Source: Nemertoderma westbladi (taxonomy: Eukaryota > Animalia > Xenacoelomorpha). Taken from it: a stretch of 64,000 nt of DNA. Shown here piece after piece: positions 1 through 14,000 of the stretch. Within the stretch, counting starts at the first letter, position 1; each line of letters starts with the position of its first letter. The DNA is taken from contig JAUCBJ010002220.1 of the NCBI GenBank assembly GCA_032718475.1, forward strand, positions 57,653-121,652, in the 5' to 3' direction. The translations under genes were made by a program, and so were the position numbers. A model generated the notes under the pieces. It was not told where the DNA came from. It did no database searches and saw only the letters and a list, made by a program, of their open reading frames with translations.

Positions 1-978
1 AAAAATCAGAGGATATTTTGATAAATTATTGCTGAAAAACCCCAAGGATTTTGACATGGCTTTAATACTTATTATATTCATGAAATAGCTGAGATATTTG
101 AGGTGAATTATTGCGTTACATATTAACTTTGGCTCCAGCCGCTTTGGCAATACGATGAAACTATAATAAATATTCTAGAACACAACAATATTAACAGGGA
201 GATAGGCTACTTATCTCTCCACTCTGAGAGCCTCAAAAAGGGGGTGTTCCGACGCAATCAAAATTCATCCATCTCAAGGGGAAAGACGAAGCAAAGAATA
301 GCTGATTACTTCTATAAATGTAAGTGTTACCTGTTCTTTTGACTTTCATTTAAGATTGTTTATCTTGTGGAGTGGGTTAGAAATCATGAATTTGAAAATC
401 GATGTCGTTTTTTGTAAAGAATCTGAGGATATTTTGATAAATTATTGCTGAAAAACCCCATGGATTTTGACATGGCTTTAATACTCATTATATTCATGAA
501 CAAACTGAGATATTTGAAGTGAATTATTGCATTACATAATAACTTTAACTCTAGCCACATTAGCAATACGATGAAACTATAATAAAAATTCTAGACCACA
601 ACAATATTAACAGGGAGATAGGCTACTTATCTCTTCATTCTGAGAGCCTCAAAAAGGGGGTGTTCAAACGCAATCAAAGCTCATCCATTTCCTGGGGAAA
701 GACGAAGCAAATAACAGCTGATTAATTCTATAAATGTAAGTGTTACCTGTTTTTTGACTTTCGTTTAAGATTCTTTATCTTGTGGACTGGGATAGAAGTC
801 GTGAATATGAAAATCGTTGTCGTTTTTTGAAAAAAATCAGAGGATATTTTGATAAATTATTGCTGAAAAACCTCAAGGATTTTGACATGGCTTTAATACT
901 TCATTATGTTCATGAAAAAACTGAGATATTTGAGGATTATTAAACTATAATAAATATTCTAGAACACAACAATATTAA

Positions 979-2568
979 CCCTATTACCACTGGGGTGTTT
1001 TGACCATTAGCACCACTGGGGGGGGGGGGGGGGGCGATTCGGCCCACCCACTATATTTTTGTAGTCGTCCAATGAAATCCTACAAAATTTGGGCTGTTGG
1101 TGAAACAACTATAGATGAACACTACCAAACCTTAAAAAGTTAAAATTTTATAAGCAGGGACTCATAATTTTGATGAAAAATAAAAGTAGTCCCAGGACAA
1201 AATTACAAAATTTTTCGTTTTCTAAAAACTAATAGTGTGGCAGTGTTGGCTAAATTTAGTATGTTTTTCAAGACGCTTAATCGAATGTGATTATATTCCA
1301 CTTCCAAAAATTGTAGTGGATGCTATTTTTCGTGCACCTAAGAAGTGGGCGTGGCACTTCAAATTTTGAAAAATTAGATATTCAGAAAATGCCCCTAATT
1401 TTTTTATTTAAACGCATCTTTATGGGTTTTCTGGGCCGCTGAATCGATTGAAAGTAATATAGAAGCCTGAAGACTGAGTGGTTCGCCATTTTTGGTGCAC
1501 AAAAATTAGGGCGTGGCACTTCAAATTTTGAAAAATACGAGATTCGGAAATTAAACCAAAATTGAAATTTTAACGAATTTATATAGGTTTTCCAGACCGC
1601 TGAATCGATTGAAAGTAATATAGAAGCCTGAAGACTTAGAAGTTAGCAATTTTTTGAAATCAAAACTTTAGTGTTTTTTCCGAATAAAGTAATTTTGAAA
1701 ATTTGAAGTGCCATGCCCTAATTTTGGTGCACCGAAAATTACGTACACAAAGGATTTGAGGATTCTATATTACTTTCAATCGATTCAGCGCTCCAGAAAA
1801 CCTATAAAATTAATTTGAAATCAAAACTTTAGTGAATTTTCCGAATCTCGCATTTTTCAAAATTTGAAGTGCCACGCCCTAATTTTGGTGCACCAAAAAT
1901 GGCGAACCACTAAGTCTTCAGGCTTCTATATTACTTTCAATCGATTCAGCGCTCCAGAAAACCTATAAAAATGCTTTGCAGATCAAAACTTTAGTGTATT
2001 TTCCGAATCTCGTATTTTTCAAAATTTGAAGTGCCACGCCCTAATTTTGGTGCACCAAAAATGGCGAACCACTAAGTCTTCAGGCTTCTATACTACTTTT
2101 AATCGATTCAGCGCTCCAGAAAACCAATAAAAATGCTTCGAAATCAGAACTTTAGTAAATTTTCCGAATAAAGTAATTTTGAAATTTTAAAGTGCCACGC
2201 CCTAAATTTGGTGCTCCAAAAATGACGTACCACTACACTTACATACTTGTATAGAGCATTAGAGTGATCCAAACCAATAAAAATAAATAAAAATAGCCCA
2301 AACATAAATAATTACTAAATCACGAATGACTTTGTAAAATTCGAAAATTTCAAAAAATTTGGTGCTGGAGACCAAATTTTGAGTTGGCACCCACATCGAA
2401 AAATAGAAATCCAATTGCAACGGCGTTTTTTGGAAAAGATGCGGCATTAAATTTGGCTAATTCTCACAAAAAAATTGGGCCGGTACGTAATGTGGTTGCA
2501 TAGTTACAGCAACTAAAAACTAGGAAGGGGCCGATTCGGCCCCCCCCCCCCCCCCAGTGGTAATAGGG
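979..2568. mobile_element. Non-autonomous piggyBac-superfamily DNA transposon (MITE/foldback-like), 1590 bp
   Basis: Satellite TTAA is duplicated (975-978 and 2569-2572). There are 17-bp TIRs CCCTATTACCACTGGGG / CCCCAGTGGTAATAGGG. CCC...GGG termini plus a TTAA TSD are piggyBac hallmarks. No transposase ORF is present. Confidence 0.92.
1300..2240. repeat. 162-bp internal tandem repeats in two opposing arms (foldback) inside the piggyBac-like element
   Basis: GGGCGTGGCACTTCAAATTTTGAAAA lies at ~1347 and ~1509. Its reverse complement lies at ~1693, ~1855, ~2017 and ~2177. Orientation switches near 1655. Confidence 0.9.
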
Positions 2569-3029
2569 TTAACAGGGAGATAGGCTACTTATCTCTTCAC
2601 TCTGAGAGCCTCAAGAACGGGGTGTTCCGACGCAATCAAATTTCATTCATCTCCATGGGAAAGATGACGCAGAGAACAGCTGATTACTTCTATAAATGTA
2701 AGTGTTACCTGTTCTTTTGACTTTCATTTAAGATTCTCTATCTCGTGGAGTGGATTAGAAGTTATAAATATGAAAATCTATGTGGTTTTTGAAAAAAATC
2801 AGAGGATATTTTGATAAATTATTGCTGAAAAACCCCAAGGATTTTGACATGGCTTTAATACTCATTATATTCATGAAATAGCTGAGATATTTGAGGTGAA
2901 TTATTGCGTTACATATTAACTTTGGCTCCAGCCGCTTTGGCAATACGATGAAACTATAATAAATATTCTAGAACACAACAATATTAACAGGGAGATAGGC
3001 TACTTATCTCTCCACTCTGAGAGCTTCAA

Positions 3030-6000
3030 AAAGGGGGTGTTCCGACGCAATCAAAATTCATCCATCTCCAGGGGAAAGACGAAGCAAAGAATAGCTGATT
3101 ACTTCTATAAATGTAAGTGTTACCTGTTCTTTTGATTTTCATTTAAGATTCGCTATCTCATTGAGTGGGTTAGAAGTTATAAATATAAAAATCGATGTCG
3201 TTTTTTGTAAAAAATCTGAGGATATTTTGATAAATTATTGCTAAAAAACCCCAAGGATTTTGACATGGCTAATACTTCATTATGTTCATGAAAATACTGA
3301 GATATTTGAGGTGAATTATTGCGTTACATATTAACTTTGGCTCCAGCCGCTTTGGCAATACGATGAAACTATAATAAATATTCTAGAACACAACAATATT
3401 AACAGGGAGATAGGCTACTTATCTCTCCACTCTGAGAGCCTCAAAAAGGGGGTGTTCCGACGCAATCAAAATTCAACCATCTCCAGGGGAAAGACGAAGC
3501 AAATAACAGCTGATTACTTCTATAAATGTAAGTGTTACCTGTTCTTTTGACTTTCTTTTAAGATTCTCTATCTCGTGGAATGGGTTAGAAGTTATAAATA
3601 TGAAAATCGATGGGGTTTTTGAAAAAAATCAGAGGATATTTTGATAAATTATTGCTGAAAAACCCCAAGGATTTTAACATGGCTTTAATACTCATTATAT
3701 TCATGAAAAAACTGAGATATTTGAGGTGAATTATTGCATTACATAATAACTTTAACTCCAGCCACATTAGCAATACGATGAAACTATAATAAAAATTATA
3801 GACCACAACAATATTAATAGGGAGATAGGCTACTTATCTCTTCATTCTGAGAGCCTCAAAAAGGGGGTGTTCCGACGCAATCAAAATTCAACCATCTCCA
3901 GGGGAAAGACGAAGCAAATAACAGCTGATTACTTCTATAAATGTAAGTGTTACCTGTTCTTATGACTTTCGTTTAAGATTGTTTATCTTGTGGAGTGGGT
4001 TAGAAGTCATAAATATGAAAATCGATGTCGTTTTTTGTAAAAAATCTGATGATATTTTGATAAATTATTGCTGAAAAACCCCAAGGATTTTGACATGGCT
4101 AATACTTCATTATGTTCATGAAAAAACTGAGATATTTGAGGTGAATTATTGCGTTACATATTAACTTTGGCTCCAGCCGCTTTGGCAATATGATGAAACT
4201 ATAATAAATATTCTAGAACACAACAATATTAACAGGGAGATAGGCTACTTATCTCTCCACTCTGAGAGCCTCAAAAAGGGGGTGTTCCGACGCAATCAAA
4301 ATTCAACCATCTCCAGGGGAAAGACGAAGCAAATATCAGCTGATTACTTCTATAAATGTAAGTGTTACCTGTTCTTTTGACTTTCTTTTAAGATTCTCTA
4401 TCTCGTGGAGTGGGTTAGAAGTTATAAATATGAAAATCGATGGGGTTTTTGAAAAAAATCAGAGGATATTTTGATAAATTATTGCTGAAAAACCCCAAGG
4501 ATTTTGACATGGCTTTAATACTCATTATATTCATGAAAAAGCTGAGAAATTTGAGGTGAATTATTGTATCACATATTAATTTCGGCTCGAGCCGATTTGG
4601 CAATACGATGAAACTATAATAAATATTCTAGAACAGAACATTATTAACAGGGAAATAGGCTACTTATCTTTACACTCTGAGAGCCTCAAAAAGGGGGTGT
4701 TCCGACGCAATCAAAATTCATCCATCTCCAGGGGAAAGACGAAGCAAAGAACAGCTGATTAATTCTAGAAATGTAAGTGTTACCTGTTCTTTTGACTTCC
4801 ATTTAAGATTGTTTATCTTGTGGAGTGGGTTAGAAGTCATAAATATGAAAATCGATGTCGTTTTTTGTAAAAAATCTGAGGATATTTTGATAAATTATTG
4901 CTGAAAAACCCCAAGGATTTTGACATGGCTAATACTTCATTATGTTCATGAAAAAACTGAGATATTTGAGGTGAATTATTGCGTTACATATTAACTTTGG
5001 CTCCAGCCGCTTTGGCAATATGATGAAACTATAATAAATATTCTAGAACACAACAATATTAACAGGGAGATAGGCTACTTATCTCTCCACTCTGAGAGCC
5101 TCAAAAAGGGGGTGTTCCGACGCAATCAAAATTCAACCATCTCCAGGGGAAAGACGAAGCAAATATCAGCTGATTACTTCTATAAATGTAAGTGTTACCT
5201 GTTCTTTTGACTTTCATTTAAGATTCTCTATCTCGTGGAGTGGGTTAGAAGTCATAAATATGAAAATCGATGTCGTTTTTTGTAAAAAATCTGAGGATAT
5301 TTTGATAAATTATTCCTGAAAAACCCCAAGGATTTTGACATGGCTTTAATACTCATTATATTCATGAAAAAACTGAGATATTTGAGGTGAATTATTGCAT
5401 TACATAATAACGTTAACTCCAGCCACATTAGCAATACGATGAAACTATAATAAAAATTCTAGACCACAACAATATTAATAGGGAGATAGGCTACTTATCT
5501 CTTCATTCTGAGAGCCTCAAAAAGGGGGTGTTCCGACGCAATCAAAATTCATCCATCTCCAGGGGAAAGACGAAGCAAAGAATAGCTGATTACTTCTATA
5601 AATGTAAGTGTTACCTGTTCTTTTGATTTTCATTTAAGATTCGCTATCTCATTGAGTGGGTTAGAAGTTATAAATATAAAAATCGATGTCGTTTTTTGTA
5701 AAAAATCTGAGGATATTTTGATAAATTATTGCTAAAAAACCCCAAGGATTTTGACATGGCTAATACTTCATTATGTTCATGAAAATACTGAGATATTTGA
5801 GGTGAATTATTGCGTTACATATTAACTTTGGCTCCAGCCGCTTTGGCAATACGATGAAACTATAATAAATATTCTAGAACACAACAATATTAACAGGGAG
5901 ATAGGCTACTTATCTCTCCACTCTGAGAGCCTCAAAAAGGGGGTGTTCCGACGCAATCAAAATTCAACCATCTCCAGGGGAAAGACGAAGCAAATAACAG

Positions 6001-8050
6001 CTGATTACTTCTATAAATGTAAGTGTTACCTGTTCTTTTGACTTTCTTTTAAGATTCTCTATCTCGTGGAATGGGTTAGAAGTTATAAATATGAAAATCG
6101 ATGGGGTTTTTGAAAAAAATCAGAGGATATTTTGATAAATTATTGCTGAAAAACCCCAAGGATTTTAACATGGCTTTAATACTCATTATATTCATGAAAA
6201 AACTGAGATATTTGAGGTGAATTATTGCATTACATAATAACTTTAACTCCAGCCACATTAGCAATACGATGAAACTATAATAAAAATTATAGACCACAAC
6301 AATATTAATAGGGAGATAGGCTACTTATCTCTTCATTCTGAGAGCCTCAAAAAGGGGGTGTTCCGACGCAATCAAAATTCAACCATCTCCAGGGGAAAGA
6401 CGAAGCAAATAACAGCTGATTACTTCTATAAATGTAAGTGTTACCTGTTCTTATGACTTTCGTTTAAGATTGTTTATCTTGTGGAGTGGGTTAGAAGTCA
6501 TAAATATGAAAATCGATGTCGTTTTTTGTAAAAAATCTGATGATATTTTGATAAATTATTGCTGAAAAACCCCAAGGATTTTGACATGGCTAATACTTCA
6601 TTATGTTCATGAAAAAACTGAGATATTTGAGGTGAATTATTGCGTTACATATTAACTTTGGCTCCAGCCGCTTTGGCAATATGATGAAACTATAATAAAT
6701 ATTCTAGAACACAACAATATTAACAGGGAGATAGGCTACTTATCTCTCCACTCTGAGAGCCTCAAAAAGGGGGTGTTCCGACGCAATCAAAATTCAACCA
6801 TCTCCAGGGGAAAGACGAAGCAAATATCAGCTGATTACTTCTATAAATGTAAGTGTTACCTGTTCTTTTGACTTTCTTTTAAGATTCTCTATCTCGTGGA
6901 GTGGGTTAGAAGTTATAAATATGAAAATCGATGGGGTTTTTGAAAAAAATCAGAGGATATTTTGATAAATTATTGCTGAAAAACCCCAAGGATTTTGACA
7001 TGGCTTTAATACTCATTATATTCATGAAAAAGCTGAGAAATTTGAGGTGAATTATTGTATCACATATTAATTTCGGCTCGAGCCGATTTGGCAATACGAT
7101 GAAACTATAATAAATATTCTAGAACAGAACATTATTAACAGGGAAATAGGCTACTTATCTTTACACTCTGAGAGCCTCAAAAAGGGGGTGTTCCGACGCA
7201 ATCAAAATTCATCCATCTCCAGGGGAAAGACGAAGCAAAGAACAGCTGATTAATTCTAGAAATGTAAGTGTTACCTGTTCTTTTGACTTCCATTTAAGAT
7301 TGTTTATCTTGTGGAGTGGGTTAGAAGTCATAAATATGAAAATCGATGTCGTTTTTTGTAAAAAATCTGAGGATATTTTGATAAATTATTGCTGAAAAAC
7401 CCCAAGGATTTTGACATGGCTAATACTTCATTATGTTCATGAAAAAACTGAGATATTTGAGGTGAATTATTGCGTTACATATTAACTTTGGCTCCAGCCG
7501 CTTTGGCAATATGATGAAACTATAATAAATATTCTAGAACACAACAATATTAACAGGGAGATAGGCTACTTATCTCTCCACTCTGAGAGCCTCAAAAAGG
7601 GGGTGTTCCGACGCAATCAAAATTCAACCATCTCCAGGGGAAAGACGAAGCAAATATCAGCTGATTACTTCTATAAATGTAAGTGTTACCTGTTCTTTTG
7701 ACTTTCATTTAAGATTCTCTATCTCGTGGAGTGGGTTAGAAGTCATAAATATGAAAATCGATGTCGTTTTTTGTAAAAAATCTGAGGATATTTTGATAAA
7801 TTATTCCTGAAAAACCCCAAGGATTTTGACATGGCTTTAATACTCATTATATTCATGAAAAAACTGAGATATTTGAGGTGAATTATTGCATTACATAATA
7901 ACGTTAACTCCAGCCACATTAGCAATACGATGAAACTATAATAAAAATTCTAGACCACAACAATATTAATAGGGAGATAGGCTACTTATCTCTTCATTCT
8001 GAGAGCCTCAAAAAGGGGGTGTTCCGACGCAATCAAAATTCATCCATCTC
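3030..8050. repeat. Tandemly duplicated 6-monomer higher-order repeat (2491 bp)
   Basis: Diagnostic monomer variants recur at a constant 2491 offset (spurious ORFs at 3585/6076, 4415/6906 and 5252/7743 are identical pairs). Confidence 0.9.
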
Positions 8051-11000
8051 CTGGGGAAAGACGAAGCAAAGAACAGCTGATTAATTCTAGAAATGTAAGT
8101 GTTACCTGTTCTTTTGACTTTCATTTAAGATTGTTTATCTTGTGGAGTGGGTTAGAAATCATGAATATGAAAATCGATGTCGTTTTTTGTAAAAAATCTG
8201 AGGATATTTTGATAAATTATTGCTAAAAAACCCCAAGGATTTTGACATGGCTAATACTTCATTATGTTCATGAAAATACTGAGATATTTGAGGTGAATTA
8301 TTGCGTTACATATTAACTTTGGCTCCAGCCGCTTTGGCAATACGATGAAACTATAATAAATATTCTAGAACACAACAATATTAACAGGGAGATAGGCTAC
8401 TTATCTCTCCACTCTGAGAGCCTCAAAAAGGGGGTGTTCCGACGCAATCAAAATTCAACCATCTCCAGGGGAAAGACGAAGCAAATAACAGCTGATTACT
8501 TCTATAAATGTAAGTGTTACCTGTTCTTTTGACTTTCTTTTAAGATTCTCTATCTCGTGGAGTGGGTTAGAAGTTATAAATATGAAAATCGATGGGGTTT
8601 TTGAAAAAAATCAGAGGATATTTTGATAAATTATTGCTGAAAAACCCCAAGGATTTTGACATGGCTTTAATACTCATTATATTCATGAATAAACTGAGAT
8701 ATTTGAGGTGAATTATTGCATTACATAATAACTTTAACTCCAGCCACATTAGCAATACGATGAAACTATAATAAAAATTCTAGACCACAACAATATTAAT
8801 AGGGAGATAGGCTACTTATCTCTTCATTCTGAGAGCCTCAAAAAGGGGGTGTTCCGACGCAATCAAAATTCAACCATCTCCAGGGGAAAGACGAAGCAAA
8901 TAACAGCTGATTACTTCTATAAATGTAAGTGTTACCTGTTCTTATGACTTTCGTTTAAGATTGTTTATCTTGTGGAGTGGGTTAGAAGTCATAAATATGA
9001 AAATCGATGTCGTTTTTTGTAAAAAATCTGAGGATATTTTGATAAATTATTGCTGAAAAACCCCAAGGATTTTGACATGGCTAATACTTCATTATGTTCA
9101 TGAAAAAACTGAGATATTTGAGGTGAATTATTGCGTTACATATTAACTTTGGCTCCAGCCGCTTTGGCAATATGATGAAACTATAATAAATATTCTAGAA
9201 CACAACAATATTAACAGGGAGATAGGCTACTTATCTCTCCACTCTGAGAGCCTCAAAAAGGGGGTGTTCCGACGCAATCAAAATTCAACCATCTCCAGGG
9301 GAAAGACGAAGCAAATAACAGCTGATTACTTCTATAAATGTAAGTGTTACCTGTTCTTATGACTTTCGTTTAAGATTGTTTATCTTGTGGAGTGGGTTAG
9401 AAGTCATAAATATGAAAATCGATGTCGTTTTTTGTAAAAAATCTGAGGATATTTTGATAAATTATTGCTAAAAAACCCCAAGGATTTTGACATGGCTAAT
9501 ACTTCATTATGTTCATGAAAATACTGAGATATTTGAGGTGAATTATTGCGTTACATATTAACTTTGGCTCCAGCCGCTTTGGCAATATGATGAAACTATA
9601 ATAAATATTCTAGAACACAACAATATTAACAGGGAGATAGGCTACTTATCTCTCCACTCTGAGAGCCTCAAAAAGGGGGTGTTCCGACGCAATCAAAATT
9701 CAACCATCTCCAGGGGAAAGACGAAGCAAATATCAGCTGATTACTTCTATAAATGTAAGTGTTACCTGTTCTTTTGACTTTCATTTAAGATTCTCTATCT
9801 CGTGGAGTGGGTTAGAAGTTATAAATATGAAAATCGATGGGGTTTTTGAAAAAAATCAGAGGATATTTTGATAAATTATTGCTGAAAAACCCCAAGGATT
9901 TTGACATGGCTTTAATACTCATTATATTCATGAAAAAGCTGAGAAATTTGAGGTGAATTATTGTATCACATATTAATTTCGGCTCGAGCCGATTTGGCAA
10001 TACGATGAAACTATAATAAATATTCTAGAACAGAACATTATTAACAGGGAAATAGGCTACTTATCTCTTCACTCTGAGAGCCTCAAAAAGGGGGTGTTCC
10101 GACGCAATCAAAATTCATCCATCTCCAGGGGAAAGACGAAGCAAAGAACAGCTGATTAATTCTAGAAATGTAAGTGTTACCTGTTCTTTTGACTTCCATT
10201 TAAGATTGTTTATCTTGTGGAGTGGGTTAGAAGTCATAAATATGAAAATCGATGTCGTTTTTTGTAAAAAATCTGAGGATATTTTGATAAATTATTGCTG
10301 AAAAACCCCAAGGATTTTGACATGGCTAATACTTCATTATGTTCATGAAAAAACTGAGATATTTGAGGTGAATTATTGCGTTACATATTAACTTTGGCTC
10401 CAGCCGCTTTGGCAATATGATGAAACTATAATAAATATTCTAGAACACAACAATATTAACAGGGAGATAGGCTATTTATCTCTCCACTCTGAGAGCCTCA
10501 AAAAGGGGGTGTTCCGACGCAATCAAAATTCAACCATCTCCAGGGGAAAGACGAAGCAAATATCAGCTGATTACTTCTATAAATGTAAGTGTTACCTGTT
10601 CTTTTGACTTTCATTTAAGATTCTCTATCTCGTGGAGTGGGTTAGAAGTCATAAATATGAAAATCGATGTCGTTTTTTGTAAAAAATCTGAGGATATTTT
10701 GATAAATTATTCCTGAAAAACCCCAAGGATTTTGACATGGCTTTAATACTCATTATATTCATGAAAAAACTGAGATATTTGAGGTGAATTATTGCATTAC
10801 ATAATAACGTTAACTCCAGCCACATTAGCAATACGATGAAACTATAATAAAAATTCTAGACCACAACAATATTAATAGGGAGATAGGCTACTTATCTCTT
10901 CATTCTGAGAGCCTCAAAAAGGGGGTGTTCCGACGCAATCAAAATTCATCCATCTCCTGGGGAAAGACGAAGCAAAGAACAGCTGATTAATTCTAGAAAT

Positions 11001-14000
11001 GTAAGTGTTACCTGTTCTTTTGACTTTCATTTAAGATTGTTTATCTTGTGGAGTGGGTTAGAAGTCATAAATATGAAAATCGATATGGTTATAGTAAAGA
11101 ATCAGAGGATATTTTGATAAATTATTGCAGAAAAACACCAATTATTTTGACATGGCTTTAATACTTCATTATGTTCATGAAAAAACTGAGATATTTGAGG
11201 TGAATTATTGCATTACATATTAACTTTGGCTCCAGCCGCTTTGGCAATACGATGAAACTATAATAAATATTCTAGAACAGAACATTATTAACAGGGAAAT
11301 AGGCTACTTATCTCTTCACTCTGAGAGCCTCAAAAAGGGGGTGTTCCGACGCAATCAAAATTCATCCATCTCCAGGGGAAAGACGAAGCAAAGAACAGCT
11401 GATTAATTCTAGAAATGTAAGTGTTACCTGTTCTTTTGACTTTCATTTAAGATTGTTTATCTTGTGGAGTGGGTTAGAAGTCATAAATATGAAAATCGAT
11501 GTCGTTTTTTGTAAAAAATCTGAGGATATTTTGATAAATTATTCCTGAAAAACCCCAAGGATTTTGACATGGCTTTAATACTCATTATATTCATGAAAAA
11601 ACTGAGATATTTGAGGTGAATTATTGCATTACATAATAACGTTAACTCCAGCCACATTAGCAATACGATGAAACTATAATAAAAATTCTAGACCACAGCA
11701 ATATTAATAGGGAGATAGGCTACTTATCTCTTCATTCTGAGAGCCTCAAAAAGGGGGTGTTCCGACGCAATCAAAATTCATCCATCTCCTGGGGAAAGAC
11801 GAAGCAAAGAACAGCTGATTACTTCTAGAAATGTAAGTGTTACCTGTTCTTTTGACTTTCATTTAAGATTGTTTATCTTGTGGAGTGGGTTAGAAATCAT
11901 GAATATGAAAATCGATGTCGTTTTTTGTAAAAAATCTGAGGATATTTTGATAAATTATTGCTAAAAAACACCAAGGATTTTGACATGGCTAATACTTCAT
12001 TATGTTCATGAAAATACTGAGATATTTGAGGTGAATTATTGCGTTACATATTAACTTTGGCTCCAGCCGCTTTGGCAATACGATGAAACTATAATAAATA
12101 TTCTAGAACACAACAATATTAACAGGGAGATAGGCTACTTATCTCTCCACTCTGAGAGCCTCAAAAAGGGGGTGTTCCGACGCAATCAAAATTCAACCAT
12201 CTCCAGGGGAAAGACGAAGCAAATAACAGCTGATTACTTCTATAAATGTAAGTGTTACCTGTTCTTATGACTTTCGTTTAAGATTGTTTATCTTGTGGAG
12301 TGGGTTAGAAGTCATAAATATGAAAATCGATGTCGTTTTTTGTAAAAAATCTGAGGATATTTTGATAAATTATTGCTAAAAAACCCCAAGGATTTTGACA
12401 TGGCTAATACTTCATTATGTTCATGAAAATACTGAGATATTTGAGGTGAATTATTGCGTTACATATTAACTTTGGCTCCAGCCGCTTTGGCAATACGATG
12501 AAACTATAATAAATATTCTAGAACACAACAATATTAACAGGGAGATAGGCTACTTATCTCTCCACTCTGAGAGCCTCAAAAAGGGGGTGTTCCGACGCAA
12601 TCAAAATTCAACCATCTCCAGGGGAAAGACGAAGCAAATAACAGCTGATTACTTCTATAAATGTAAGTGTTACCTGTTCTTATGACTTTCGTTTAAGATT
12701 CTCTATCTCGTGGAGTGGATTAGAAGTTATAAATATGAAAATCGATGTGGTTTTTGAAAAAAATCAGAGGATATTTTGATAAATTATTGCTGAAAAACCC
12801 CAAGGATTTTGACATGGCTTTAATACTCATTATATTCATGAAATAGCTGAGATATTTGAGGTGAATTTCTTGTATCACATATTAACTTCGGCTCCAGACG
12901 CTTTGGCAATACGATGAAACTATAATAAATATTCTAGACCACAACAATATTAACAGGGAGATAGGCTACTTATCTCTTCATTCTGAGAGCCTCAAAAAGG
13001 GGGTGTTCCGACGCAATCAAAATTCATCCATCTCCTGGGGAAAGACGAAGCAAATAACAGTTGATTACTTCTATAAAGGAAAGTGTTACCTGTTCTTATG
13101 ACTTTCGTTTAAGATTCTCTATCTCGTGGAGTGGATTAGAAGTTATAAATATGAAAATCGATGTGGTTTTTGATAAAAATCAGAGGATATTTTGATAAAT
13201 TATTGCTGAAAAACCCCAAGGATTTTGACATGGCTTTAATACTCATTATATTCATGAAATAGCTGAGATATTTGAGGTGAATTTCTTGTATCACATATTA
13301 ACTTCGGCTCCAGACGCTTTGGCAATACGATGAAACTATAATAAATATTCTAGAACACAACAATATTAACAGGGAGATAGGCTACTTATCTCTCCACTCT
13401 GAGAGCCTCAAAAAGGGGGTGTTCCGATGCTAGCAAAATTCATCCATCTCCTGGGGAAAGACGAAGCAAAGAACAGCTGATTACTTCTATAAATGAAAGT
13501 GTTACCTGCTCCTTTGACTTTCATTTAAGTTTCTTTATCTTTTGGAGTGGGTTAGAAGTCATGAATATGAAAAACGATGTCGTTTTTTGTAAAAAATCTG
13601 AGGATATTTTGATAAATTATTCCTGAAAAACCCCAAGGATTTTGACATGGCTTTAATACTCATTATATTCATGAAAAAACTGAGATATTTGAGGTGAATT
13701 ATTGCATTACATAATAACGTTAACTCCAGCCACATTAGCAATACGATGAAACTATAATAAAAATTCTAGACCACAACAATATTAATAGGGAGATAGGCTA
13801 CTTATCTCTTCATTCTGAGAGCCTCAAAAAGGGGGTGTTCCGATGCAATCAAAATTCATCCATCTCCTGGGGAAAGACGAAGCAAAGAACAGCTGATTAA
13901 TTCTAGAAATGTAAGTGTTACCTGTTCTTTTGACTTTCATTTAAGATTGTTTATCTTGTGGAGTGGGTTAGAAGTCATAAATATGAAAATCGATATGGTT

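Noticed and set aside
191-331. All four TE insertions fall in the same ~140-nt third of the monomer
   Set aside because: With four events the chance is roughly 0.15, so it is not significant.
250-360. Satellite as a spliced-leader RNA gene array (minus-strand AG|GTAAC donor and AATTTTGA Sm-like site; CRE elements often target SL genes)
   Set aside because: Both motifs are short and expected in AT-rich DNA, I recognise no known SL exon, and the region varies freely among monomers. Finding this sequence on mRNA 5' ends would reopen it.
191-606. Hammerhead ribozyme in the satellite monomer
   Set aside because: I found no CUGANGA core with a properly paired GAAA. CTGAGAG and CTGATTA do not fit.
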